Made by a program: the position numbers and the translations under genes. From Macrostomum hystrix (lineage: Eukaryota; Animalia; Platyhelminthes): a DNA stretch of 64,000 nt. The stretch is from positions 1,054,001-1,118,000 of the forward strand of contig CATNEN010000033.1 of NCBI GenBank assembly GCA_950097015.1, read 5' to 3'. Below, piece after piece: positions 1 through 14,090 of this stretch. The stretch's first letter is position 1. Each line of letters starts with the position of its first letter. A model generated the notes under the pieces. That model saw only the letters and a program-made list of their open reading frames with translations. It did not search any database and was not told the origin of the DNA.

Positions 1-2764
<2,764 letters not shown>

Positions 2765-3320
2765 GCTGCAGATCATTTGCTTTGTTAATAGCAATGCACA
2801 GTGTGACTATTGACTGCTTGGATGAAATCTTCCTACCTTAGATAACCGCGAGGAGTTTTGAATGCTACTTTTTGTATCTCGCTTTTCTACCCTGCCTTGC
2901 TTTCCTCTGCATGAAGCGCCAGTCTGTCCAGATTGATTCCGGCCATGGACTAACAGAAATTCACAGACTATTTTGCGACTATTTTTCTATCGTGATCTAG
3001 TTTCTAAAATCTATGTGTATTCCGATGTACATTTCGTGTGGATTCCGTTTTGCGCGACTTTTTGCCCCCTTAAGAGTTTGATAAATAAAGAAATAAAAAC
3101 TTCTGATAATTTTTCCGAATGCTCAAGATAAATGTTGTCCCATGATTTCGCGGGCCGCACGGCCATTAGAATCGTCAGTGTTTGCCGGCGAATTTAGTCT
3201 ATGGCATTCTTCAATAAGAGTAAAATATTGTAACGGAAACAAATTAACAGTATATTAATCAACAACACAAAAGTACATGTTGAAACATTAGTTGTTATTC
3301 ATAGTTCAATAATTAACGAG

Positions 3321-4158
3321 TATAGCTTTTTGCTAATGAATTCAGCCTATCTGCAAAACATTTCAGCCAGCCAGGGCCAGCCCATTGAGTGGAAGCCAGA
3401 ATTCCCCATAGACAACTGGCTCATCCCGCAGAACTTTTTGCAAATCAATTCAGCCTATCCGCAAAACCTTTCAGCCAGTCAACTTAACGTTGTTTGTCGC
3501 AGTGGCAGTCCCCCATAGAACTCCAGTGAGAAAAGTTACGTAGGGTGCTTTCTGCCATAGACAACTTGCTTCTGCTACCCACAAAGCCGCAAAACCTTTC
3601 ATTACTCAACCTTACTCTCCATTTCTCAACCCTGCTGAGTGCGCCGGTTCATGCGTCAAGGCTGCAGTCAAGCGAACTCTGTCGGCTCCCAATATGCAGC
3701 AGGAGATTGCAAATGGGCCAGCTGCGGCAAATCTGACTCTGCATGCTTGGCGAATGCTCATTCTCAAACGGGAGGTGGAGGCTGCACTGCCGGTGATTAC
3801 CAGGGAGAAATGCATGCAGTGGAGCCATCACACCACTCGCTACTACGGACGGTGCTTGAACCGCGAAGACATTCTTTTCTAATTTTGCTATAATTCATGA
3901 ACTCAAGAACTTACCAATTGTTTTTATATTTTTCAATGTTGGAGCCCATGTTACATAGTTACAGAGTTACAGAGTTATTTTGTATTGGTTTGCATGCAGT
4001 TAAAAATTGGCATTGGACGAATTATATTGCAGATTGGCTGAATTGTTCTGCGGGATGAGCCAGTTGTCTATGGGGAATTCTGGCTTCCACTCAATGGGCT
4101 GGCCCTGGCTGGCTGAAAGCTTTTGCAGATAGGCTGAATTCATTTGCAAAAAGCTATA
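3321..4158. mobile_element. Non-autonomous TIR element (MITE-like) with ~114-bp terminal inverted repeats
   Basis: 3321-3434 is the reverse complement of 4045-4158 with only a few mismatches. Ends are TATAGC...GCTATA. A subterminal partial direct copy lies at ~3435-3480. No recognisable internal ORF. Confidence 0.75.
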
Positions 4159-4185
4159 ATACGTCATCAGCTAAGCCATCCAATG

Positions 4186-5647
4186 TTAAAAGTAGAAGCT
4201 GAGTCGCACTCCATCCTTTTCAAGAACCGCGGTAGGCTTGTCTGCATTAACCGATGGCGTAGCTACAGTCGACGGCACAATGATTGTGGCTCGCTTTGAT
4301 GAGGAGGCAACATCCGACAGAGAATCCGCATTCGGAGCGACGCTAAGCGATTCGGAAATTTGTTGCTTCCGCTTCTCAGAAATTCTGCTGACATAGCGAA
4401 CAACAGCCGCGTCACTCCGATGCCCTGTGAAATGGTCGCCGCATAAAAAATCTATTTAATAATCTGCCAATTAAACACACCAAAATACTACGCACGTACA
4501 CTCGTACCTGTCACAGATTTGATCTCCTGCAAACTGTGTCCGGCTTCCGTCAGGTTAGTAACAACTGTTGCGCTAATGCAATGGTTGGTGTACTCGAACT
4601 GTAGACCAGCGCGCTTTGAGATGCCCTTCATCAATAGTGTGTTCTTTCCCAGAACCTGCTAATGAGAATACCATACTGCCGAATCAGGCCTGACCTTGAT
4701 TGGCTTCGGAAACAAAACATCCGTTCCTGGTGGCAGCTTAGACACGAACAGGTCCACCGCTTCTACTGGACAATTCTGGCCTTGGATACTGAACATTCTT
4801 ATCTGCTTGCTTGTCCTGCACTTGCCACGGTCTTCGGCAGTGATAGTCTTCTCACGACCAGTTTGGATCATGTCAATGCACCTCACATTATTGACCACAG
4901 AGAATTGCAGTGAAGACAACTTCAGATCCCTAATCCATTCACGACCTCGAAATCCGAAATGGTAGACGATATTAAAAAACACTTCATCCTGAAGCCGCAC
5001 TGGATCCCGTCCAGTAAAATATTATTTCAGAAGGGCCATGTCGGAATCCGTGATCGCGCTGAATCCAGGCTGTTCGCCCGAAGTTCGCTCTCGTAGCTGG
5101 CAACTAAGGCGCAGAACACACGAATAGGTTTCGTTGCTCAGCCGGAATACTTCGTTGCCAATGACATCAATGGCGACCCTCAAATCCTTTACAAATCGGT
5201 GAATGCTTGCCCGAAAGCCACGAATCGTATAGGTCTTTGTTCCAAGCGCAGGATTCGCTCGCAGACTAACATACCATAGGCGAAGATAGCCGTCTAAGTA
5301 GCGCAATGGCATGCTCTCGATGTCGTCAGGCAGGTTTTTCTCTCTCGAAGAAATTTCTTGAACCGATCAACGTGATTCTTAGTAGTCGCTACGGTGGATG
5401 GTGACTTGGACGATTGCTCAAGCCGTTTGATGTCCTCTAGCTCTTGCACATCCAAGTCACGATACGAAACTTCCGGATCCCGTAGATCCGTCAGAAATGT
5501 CTCCACCTCATTGAGGTCCAGGATTGGCAGTCCCGACCACTGATCGATCGTCGCCTCGGCGCACTTGGACAATTTAGACATGAAATCCAACTCAGCACTA
5601 TCCAAGCCACTAGTATCGCCAGTGGCAATTCCTTGCAAGTTAATCAT
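4186..5647 (-). pseudogene. Decayed Crypton-type tyrosine recombinase (DUF3504/KCTD1-ZMYM-like YR domain)
   Basis: The joined fragments read ...KNHVDRFKKFLRE / YLRLWYVSLR...YTIRGFRASIHRF / VFFNIVYHFGFRGREW...NCPVEAVDLFVSK...WYS / YTNHCISATVVTNL...IKSVTG|HRSDAAVVRY. Lesions: frameshift near 5310, in-frame stops at 5022 and 4659, and HxxR changed to HCIS. An 83-bp GT-AG intron at 4425-4507 splits the G-H motif. Stop at 4186. Confidence 0.82.
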
Positions 5648-5730
5648 TTTCAGGTTAACGCTCCTGAATTATATTCTTTCCCTCCGAATTCTCTCGGCTT
5701 CTTAAAAAAATAGAGTAAAATCTCAGTCTT

Positions 5731-5808
5731 CCATAGACTAAAGTACCGGGCAGGAATGATTTAGACGCGGGCAGGAATGCATTCCGTGCCCGCTACTTTA
5801 GTCTATGG
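5731..5808. repeat. Palindrome (CCATAGACTAAAGTA...TACTTTAGTCTATGG) just upstream of the Crypton ORF; candidate element end
   Basis: 15-bp perfect outer arms plus imperfect inner arms (cgggcaggaatg / cattccgtgcccg), read directly from the sequence. Confidence 0.6.
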
Positions 5809-6260
5809 ATCATGCTTGTGGCGCCCTTGAAATTATGAGACAACACAGCTCTGTCTAAGCGAAGCAGACCGAGGATTCCACTCATTTCGACCCTCAAATC
5901 CGTAGACAGAACTATTAGTTGTGTTATCTGATTCATGATTAAGAAAATTCCATGCTAACATGAGTCGTAAAAGTTCACAAAGAATATTTCAATTTAATCA
6001 TTAGCTCGTCTAAAACCACGAAGACGAATTCGTGGTCCTAAAACAAGGCACGAATGTTAAGTCATATTAGCGCGCAGTTTGCTCCAGAAAACAATTAAAG
6101 TGAAGTGAATATTCATTAGAGTTTCCTGAGGTACTCGTATAATATCCTAATACAATAATTGATTTCACCAGTCCATGTACATTGGTGGAGCTAATGCTGG
6201 TACCTATTTAACAGCTGAGTACTTTTGAACTGAAGTATTCAGAATTTAGCGTCTTTTTTC

Positions 6261-6332
6261 GGATTGAGTCAGAAATCGAACCATCGACCTTCAAGTCACG
6301 AGTCCGACGATCAAACCACTAGACTAAAAGCC
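6261..6332 (-). mobile_element. tRNA-derived SINE head, family B
   Basis: Minus strand TAGTCTAGTGGTT...GGTTCGATTTC. Similar to the heads at 12580, 20050 and 49278; poor acceptor stem. Confidence 0.6.
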
Positions 6333-6378
6333 GTTAAAAATCCTAATCAAGGCTGACGAATTCTTATCCAGGATCAAT

Positions 6379-9300
6379 CTAAGCTTTGTCTTCGTCAGTT
6401 GGATACGAGCCGCATGGCCGGTACACAACGCCGTCAAAACCGAACGCCTGCGGGCCAACGACAGCCAGCGATGCGGCCGTGGCCATGCGCGGATGCACCG
6501 GAGCGGTCAGCAGCGCCACCCGGAGTCCGTAGCGGAGCTCATCGGTTGGCACGGGCTCGCCAGTGTCCGCGTCCATCACTATGATGAGGTCGGGCGTGCA
6601 GGCCACCGCCTCAGAGTTGAGCGCGCCGATTAGCTTGGCCAGAAGGAACTCATTCTGAAACTCAACCTCCATGCCGCATTGGTCGCTACTGTCTTGTCCA
6701 CCGCGTCTGTCCTCCATCACAGTCAACGTGCCGCGTGCGAAGCCTCCGCTGGTGACCCGCCGGACATCCGTAATCTTGCCACGCGCTAGCAGCGTGCGGC
6801 CGTTTAGCATCCGGCGAGCTGCCTCCACAGGGTCCGCTTTGGATGCACGCGCTCGCAGGACGCAGTCGCCGAGACGCCATGCCCTGGTGTAGCTTCCGGG
6901 CAGAAGGTGCTGGCTGCACTGTTCGAGTGTCAGCGGAGCGAAGGCGATGCCAACAGCGCAGCCATTGCGGATGCAGATCTCGCGGAAGTGCGTTTCAAGC
7001 TCCTTGGCGGTGTCGCACTGGACAATCACAGCGCCTCGTTCGAATTCGTCTCCAACAGCGGCCGGAGCCACTGGACAGCCGTCGATCATTGGAAGGAACA
7101 TCTGCAGCTCCGGGAATGCCCGGCCCATGCCGTCCATGTCGACAGCAGGCAGGCCAAGCTTGGCCGCCGCTACGAGTGGCTCAACGCTGTTCAGCCCGCC
7201 GATCTCCGCGGAGGCCACGCATACAATGGCCTCGTCTCGTTTGGCACAGCTTTCGTTTGCACTATCGACGAAATGCAGCCGCTTTTCCGGCGCCCTCAGC
7301 CGCAACTCGTCTGCGAGGCCGACAAGGCGGATGGCTGTCGCCGTCTCAACTCCGGCCTGCAGCTTCTCTGCGCAGACGGTCGGTGAGCCCATGAAGGCGG
7401 GCAGAACTGCTCGGGCGTTTTTCCCGTGGCGGTCGATCAGCTGGTCCAGTTTGACGATCCGAGGTCGGTAACCGCGGCGCATTAGGCCCTTCAGTGTTAA
7501 CAGACCAATGTAGGGGCTGCCGCCTCCGCCACAGCCCAGAAGCCCAGCGCCAACGCTCAGACAATAAGAGTCATATTCACTGACGAGCCATTCGCCTTGA
7601 TCGTTGAACTCTCGCGTTGATGGAGCCGGTACATTGTTGTCCATCTCAGAGACATTATCGGCGTCTTTCACGCGCTCCTCTTCCACTGGAGGAGGATCAA
7701 AATCTCCCACAGCGCTCTCGTCCCTGAGAACGGAGTCAGTCTTGCTACTCAGCTGAGCGGCGGCTGCGACATCGAGCTCGCCGATTGCTCGAGCTGTTAC
7801 GCGGGAAGCTCCGCTCGGCACGTAAGGCATCTGCACCTCGTGCAGCTCTGCAAGATGCGTTGATGAGCGCAGCGAGCCCCTCGCCACGGCTGCATTTACC
7901 GCGGCAGCTGAAATCGCAGCCAGCCGTCTTGCGCTCAGTAGGATTAGTCAGGTTTAATGTGGCTTCCACGCTGCCACCAACCTGACAAAGGGCTGCGCCA
8001 ACCGCGTTGGCAATACCGGCATCGGCCGGGATGTGCACCGGCATGCCAGCCAGGGTTCGAGTCCCAGAAAACAGAGCAGCGCCGCCACCAACTAGCACTA
8101 CGGGAATCTGGACGCTTGATACGCGAGCAGAGTCCACAGCAGCCTCGAGTCGAGTCAGCGCAACCGAGTGAGCTGCCACGAGTAGGCTGCTCAGTGAGCG
8201 ATAGTCTGCATCGAAATTCAGTCTGCTGCGGAGTTCAGCAGAGTCACCGACATGTACGTCATTCTGATTGGCCGCAACAGCAGCATCGGTCAAAGTGGGA
8301 ACCTTTCCTCCGAAGACCAGCGCCTCCTCAACCAGTTTGTAGCCCACTGACAGCGGACCGACTCGTGGCGACGCCTCGGTCGTTGGACCAGCGGACACTA
8401 TGGAGCCGCCACCCAGAGCAATGGAAACTACGTCTGGCTGAACGAAGTTGATCGCCACACCGCTCACGCGAACCCTGGCTGCTGCGGGCTTTGGAAAGCC
8501 TCCAACAAGCATGCCGATATCCGTTGTGGTTCCGCCTATGTCGGCCACAATGGCCTCGCTGAGGCCGGTGAGAAATGCGGCGCCGCGCATGCTATTCGTG
8601 GGACCTGAGCCTAGCAGCGAAACCGGTCGATTTAGGCAGTGCGGTGCGGCGGCCACCGTGCCGTCGCTGAGTGTCAGCACCAGTGGGCAGGTCAGGCCGA
8701 CCTCGCCCAACGCCACGTTGAAGGCGCGAATGGCCCTGGTGCACGCCGGCTTCAGGCATTCGTTGAGCACGGCCGCATTCTCACGTTCCAGCAGGCCTAG
8801 CTGGCCCGCCACCTGGTGCGACAGGCTGACGCTCGCTCCGGGCACCGCCTCCTCAATCCAGCGACCGGCCTGCAGCTCCTGGTTAGGCCGCACCGGTGCA
8901 AACACGCCAACCACGGCGAATCGCCGGCAGCCGGCTTCAAGGCTTGCTGCCCTGGCGAATTCCTTCACCTGGCATGATTTCAGATGGATTTTTAAAGGCA
9001 GCATTGCGAGAACTTTTTAGTTGGATACAATTATGTTTGACCATAGACAACCTGGAGCTACTCACCTGCGCTTCGTTTAGAGGGGTGATGGGAGTTTCGC
9101 CATCGTAGTTGTAGCCTCCGTCGGCCAGCAGGTAGCGGCAGCTGACGGCCTTTCGCAGCGCAGCGGGCCAGTCAGCGAAGGGCTCCACGGCGGCTGTACT
9201 GGGACGGCCGAGGCGCACAACGCAGGTTTTGGCAAGGCCGCGGCGCTGCAGCACTGCGTTGATGAGGTGCGTGGTGCCGATGCTGACCAGCCGAACCTGG

Positions 9301-9746
9301 TCCTTGACTTCATCGAGAGAGTCGAGACGCAGGACGGAGCGCAGAGCGTCACGGACGCCACCTGTGACATCTGACGTTGTTGGACACTTGACGCTGCGAA
9401 GGATCTGCGGGACGTTCATGCGGTTCATGGCGTCTTAATCTCCGAGCTCCGAGGGGACCAGGCACGCATCCCCCTGAACTCCTGGGGTGGTTGCTGCCGG
9501 CTTCGAGAGCCAGTCGAGGCAGACTTCATCCCAGATGTGTCAGCCAAGGGTGCCTTGGCTGCGATCCTCGCTGTCTGCGAGTCGCTAAATGATGCACCAG
9601 TGCCAACAGCCCCCCAAAAAAATACTATCATGCTCTGTTTAAATCAATGGCAAACTCACAACTGGTCTACTGCCGCTGTCTGCGCTGCTTGTCAGCAGTA
9701 CGGCATCAGTATTGGTGCCACCGACGTCAATGCCGATGGAGAGCAT
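6379..9746 (-). CDS. Hydantoinase/oxoprolinase A - DUF917 fusion protein (~1000 aa), with one apparent +1 frameshift near 7920
   Basis: Exon 1 (9746-9660) encodes MLSIGIDVGGTNTDAVLL. Exon 2 (9404-9066) contains VSIGTTHLINAV. Exon 3 (8968-6379) contains LLERENAAVLN, GSGPTNSMRGAA, DIGGTTTDIG and IANAVGAA, then the DUF917 motifs GAGLLGCGGGGSPY, EIGGLNS, DGMGRAFPELQM, EFQNEFL, PDLIIVMD and ELRYG. Both introns are GT-AG and phase 0. Total exon length 3016 nt = 3n+1. Confidence 0.9.
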
Positions 9747-10655
9747 GGCTTTTCGCTTGCAGTTTTTATAGGGCTTGACGAATATTTCGACCCTAGAGCT
9801 TTGCTAGAACTAAACTTTAGTGGTCACTGAAAACTTTAGCTGCCGCATGCTTTTGCTAGCTATTTCCTCTACCCCATTGCGGAGGGCTCGGAGGGGTAGG
9901 GTGGCCCGTGGTAATGTACGTACTGGAGTGTACAGGTAAGTCACACACCCCATGCTTATTTTTAGCTCTTAGATAAGCTTTATTTTATGCTACTTGTGCG
10001 CTTAGTTCGTGCAATCGAGTACAGAGATCGAGTATATAGAGAGAAAACGAGTCGTCACGATTTCATTAGTTTAGCTCCATGTTCCCCTGCTGCTTGCATA
10101 TGTTCCATTTTCTCGATGACTTCAGTGATCTTTTTGCTCATAATTTCCTGTATTTCGTGAAAGCTTGGTGCTCTTTGAAATGCGGAAATGAAGAGCGGGC
10201 AAAGCGCTTATGAAACTGGCAGAAATAATTTCATCAGATTCATTTTTAGGCATGCTAGGCAGTAACTACATTTGTATCCTTACATAAAAGCACTGACAGT
10301 CTATAAAAAGTTGGCAAGTGAAATTATGAATTTTTTTCATCCTGACCATCCTGAACAAATAAACAAACTTCAAATCGTACATTTCCTGCGTACATCATAC
10401 ATGTACAACTGTACTATACCACTAGCAAGCTGCAGTAGTTTTTTTTTTATCTCATATCAGTGATGACATCCAGTTCCTGGATAATTCATGCTCGCTTTCA
10501 ATAGGCTGAGTAATGTTTTTTTAGTCTTGAAAAATGTATTTTTAGAACTGACGCTCGTACATATGCGATTCTATATAAGAGAAGCTTTCGACTTTAGTTC
10601 GGCCCCCTTTTTGTTCCCAGCGATCATCGGCAAGTTTTGCAGCAGAGCCTCATGA

Positions 10656-12323
10656 ATGATACTCGGTAAAGCCATCAGCCGATTCAAAGAGAAACTAGAA
10701 AAATGTAGCGCCGAACACTCGAAGCTTGAAGACGCAACTTCAGCGAGGCGCGAGGCGATCGCTGAGGCCGAGAAGCTCAGCGCCCGAGTACTTTCTGGAG
10801 TTGCACCCGGAGCTCCGCCGACGCCGACTCAACAGACTCGGTCGACCTTCGATCAACAGACTGGTATTGCTGGGAGCCTTCGATACTACACTGGCGGAGT
10901 GGGCGGCACACCCAGACTGCCGCAGCAGTTGAAATTCAATGAAGCCCAGCTGTCCGCAGATTCTCAAGCGTCGGAGATGCGCTCCGAGGCGGCTCGACTA
11001 GCGACCTTCGGGGAGGACAACGAAGCCGCTGCCGAACTGGCCGCAGCAGGCTTCTACTCGAATGGCGGTAACCTTCGCTGCGCCTTCTGCCACGGGCTGC
11101 TTGGACCCAGACTACCTGGCGAGTCCGTCATGACGGCGCACGCGCGCCAGTTTTGCACCTGTCCTTTCGTGCTTCGCATGGACGTCAGAAACGTGCCGAT
11201 CGACGATGATCACTCGACCACGACCCGCTGCCGGTGCCGACCAGCTGTACAGTGCGGCGATCTGGGCAACGTAGCCTGGGATACAGAGGCCACCATGCAA
11301 GCTCGGGGTGGACGCCACAAAGGGCTCGAAACACCGGATGCTGCAGCACTCCTGACCAGCGCCGGGTCCCCGATCGTGTCAGCCAGGGTCGCCTCCGTTG
11401 CAGCAGCACCAGACATCTTGGTCAATCTGGAGACCCTGGAGGCCTGCGCTGCCGACGTACCTCCACTATCACCGGAGCTTCGAGATCTAACAGCTCGACA
11501 ACGCACTTTCGTGCCTGGTTTCAGTGACCTTCCAACGATGCTAACTGACACGCTGGCTGAGGCGGGGTTCTCGGTCTTCAAGATGGGGGCTGTCGCTTGC
11601 TTCAGCTGCGGCCTTTGCTTGCAGCGCTGGCCAGTCCACGAGGACCCCTGGGTGCTGCACGCCACCTGGTCACCCCGATGCGCCCACCTGCTGCTGGCCC
11701 GCGGTGCAGCTTTCGTCTGCGCCACGCGAGCATCGATGCTGACTGTCGTCCGAGTTGCCGCTGATGCTCGCCGTTCTGACATGCCACCTTCAGTGCTCAA
11801 AAACAACCATTTTCAAGACGAAATTTCCGACACGGCCGCTCTGAGTGCGTCAAACTCCGGTGCTGTCCTGCGCTTCCGCAACGGGCCGCGTGACGTCCGC
11901 GCCCGCTTCGACTGGCCGATGCTGCGCGACGCTCAGCGCATCCTCAGCCTCGGTGCGGTCCCCGAGCTCCGTGCGCTAATAGAACTGCAACTCGCGCGCA
12001 CCGGCGCTGATTTCTCCAGCCCGGAGATTCTGCTGGCCTGCGCCCTGCAGCTCCGCGTTGAGCGTTTCTCGCTGGGACTGGAAGCCGAGGATTTCCTGGC
12101 GGAGCAGTTGAGCCGGTTGCGCTCCGCCTGGCCGGCAGAGCCGCCAGCGCTGGCGGAAAACGACGAGCCCTGGCGCTCTTGCAAGGTCTGCCTCGATCGT
12201 CGGGTCGACGTTTTGCTGCGAGACTGCGGCCACCTCTGCTGCTGCAGCCGATGCTGCCGGAGCCTCGTGATCTGTCCGATCTGCCGGTCCGACATCCGGG
12301 CTGAGCTTCTGGTTCGGCTGTAG
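10656..12323 (+). CDS. Inhibitor-of-apoptosis (IAP/BIRC) protein: 2 BIR domains + C-terminal RING, single exon
   Basis: Two exact CX2CX16HX6C BIR signatures (CAFC...H...C and CFSC...H...C) and a C-terminal IAP-type RING (CKVC-X11-CGH...CSRC...CPIC). A polypyrimidine-AG at ~10610-10620 precedes the ATG; AATAAA at ~12405. Confidence 0.92.
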   Translation: MILGKAISRFKEKLEKCSAEHSKLEDATSARREAIAEAEKLSARVLSGVAPGAPPTPTQQTRSTFDQQTGIAGSLRYYTGGVGGTPRLPQQLKFNEAQLSADSQASEMRSEAARLATFGEDNEAAAELAAAGFYSNGGNLRCAFCHGLLGPRLPGESVMTAHARQFCTCPFVLRMDVRNVPIDDDHSTTTRCRCRPAVQCGDLGNVAWDTEATMQARGGRHKGLETPDAAALLTSAGSPIVSARVASVAAAPDILVNLETLEACAADVPPLSPELRDLTARQRTFVPGFSDLPTMLTDTLAEAGFSVFKMGAVACFSCGLCLQRWPVHEDPWVLHATWSPRCAHLLLARGAAFVCATRASMLTVVRVAADARRSDMPPSVLKNNHFQDEISDTAALSASNSGAVLRFRNGPRDVRARFDWPMLRDAQRILSLGAVPELRALIELQLARTGADFSSPEILLACALQLRVERFSLGLEAEDFLAEQLSRLRSAWPAEPPALAENDEPWRSCKVCLDRRVDVLLRDCGHLCCCSRCCRSLVICPICRSDIRAELLVRL

Positions 12324-12579
12324 ACCTGGACCAGAAGTGAGAGACCTGTTGGCGGTCTTCTTTTTCTGAATTTCTTGTGATGGCTCCACAGAATATAAAC
12401 GACTGAATAAAACAGCCAGTGAAAGGCAAGATTGATCTTTTTGTTGCTTTTCTCATAAATACTGACAAGAACTCAGCCCCGTGATTATGATTTAGGTGTA
12501 TTAAGCCAGATCTAAAGAAATGATGTTGAACGTCCCCTGTCCGTGGACTGAACAGCTGGTACACAGTAAGGGATTGAAC

Positions 12580-12790
12580 TCTAGTGTCTAGAGCGTTGGA
12601 CTCGTGCACGTCTTGATAGTCGTTGGTTTGATTCCCGACTATACTCGAACAATTAGTGGGACACTTCACTTTTTTATTGCTTCAGTTCACCCTGCTAATC
12701 CTGGTTATTGAGGTTGTTCTGGCGTCCCCCAGTCCATGAACGGCCTTCCACAGCCTTCAGATGCGCCGCGCAATTGCTGCGGCTGTGCAG
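12580..12790 (+). mobile_element. tRNA-derived SINE, family B
   Basis: Degenerate head (GGTTTGATTCCCGACT), then gcttcagttcaccc and ctggcgtccccc...cagccttcagatgcgcc, blocks shared with 19715-19950 and 49278-49420. Confidence 0.65.
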
Positions 12791-14090
12791 TCTGCTGCAC
12801 ACCTGGTCCAATAGGGACAGGTGTAATAAAATTCTCATTTTTTTAATTCAAGAATTTTATTTTCTCGAAATTTAGAGACCAAGCAAACTTTTTGCCTCGA
12901 AAAAACCTTTTACGCTAAGCTTGCTTTAAAAAATGCACTTTAGTGCTACTGTTTTGTTGCAAGCAACAAAACAGCGAATGAAAAATTATTTGTATCTTAC
13001 ATTCAAGCATTATTTCGAGTTGAAAATGCGGACAGCAGTTTTTTGTCCTTTTCTCACCTTCATTTATATTTTAACCTTTCGTTAAAGCACTTTCGAAATG
13101 AAGGCCCAGTAAATTTCTATGTGATATATTCAGCTTCAAAGATGAAAGTATTATTATATTTTACGCAATTTTGTAAATAAATGTTTAGAAATTTACCTTT
13201 TTATTGAAAAAAACTACTTATTCCACCGAGAAACTCATTGACTTGACTGACTGGTTTCGGCGAAACAAGAATTTTCTATGGAAATTAACTTCAGAAAAAT
13301 TGCTGTCCTTCCGAGGACTTATGGTTGTTTTTAGTTCGGAGGCCGGGTAATCATTTATTGTAATAAAAACAAGTATTTTTTAAAGCAAAGTAAAAAATAA
13401 GCTTTTGAGACCGGATAAAATGTTTGTTGGGTTGATTTTGCGATAGAATAAAAAGATACAAAACTCATATAGTTCTGATAGATAGATAGTGCGTGATAGT
13501 TCTTTAGTGAAAAATATTTTCTGTGAATTTTGTGAGTCACCACTTAATAAAAATATATAATTTCACAAGCTTGCTGTAAAAAATAAACTCGACACACATG
13601 TAAGATATAGCATAGGTGAATAGTGAAGCCAAGAATGTTATAATAAAAAGATTGTAACGCACACACTCCGTGTTCTATTCGATAAAAGGGTTCAATAATA
13701 TTTGCAACTTAAGCTGCTAAGTTTTAAGGGTGATCGGTAAAGACATGGAATTAGCGATTGCCTTTTGCTTGGTGTTTTTTAGTGGTGAAGTATTTCATCA
13801 ATGTCCCACTGTGACGCTATTAGTAATTACATAGTAATAATAATAATATAGTAGTATAGTAACAATAAAATTAATAATTAATCCAATCTGTCTAATAATG
13901 TCAAACACCAGTGGACAAAAAGAGTAAAAAAATAGGTTAAATTAGCTTATCATCAAGTAGTAAGCTCAGGTCTTCAAGTAAGCAGAGAACTGGTCAATTC
14001 GTTGGCAAAAATTGTTCTCTCTAAGAGTTCTATGTTAATTTACTCGCTGATTTCCAACACACAAGTTCCTGTATCCTCCATCCAACAGAC

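Noticed and set aside
7890-7950. Programmed ribosomal frameshift
   Set aside because: No slippery site or stimulatory structure was seen, and similar single indels occur in several unrelated genes.
6379-9746. Bacterial contamination as the source of the hydantoinase-DUF917 gene
   Set aside because: Two canonical phase-0 spliceosomal introns interrupt conserved coding sequence, and the flanks contain host SINEs.
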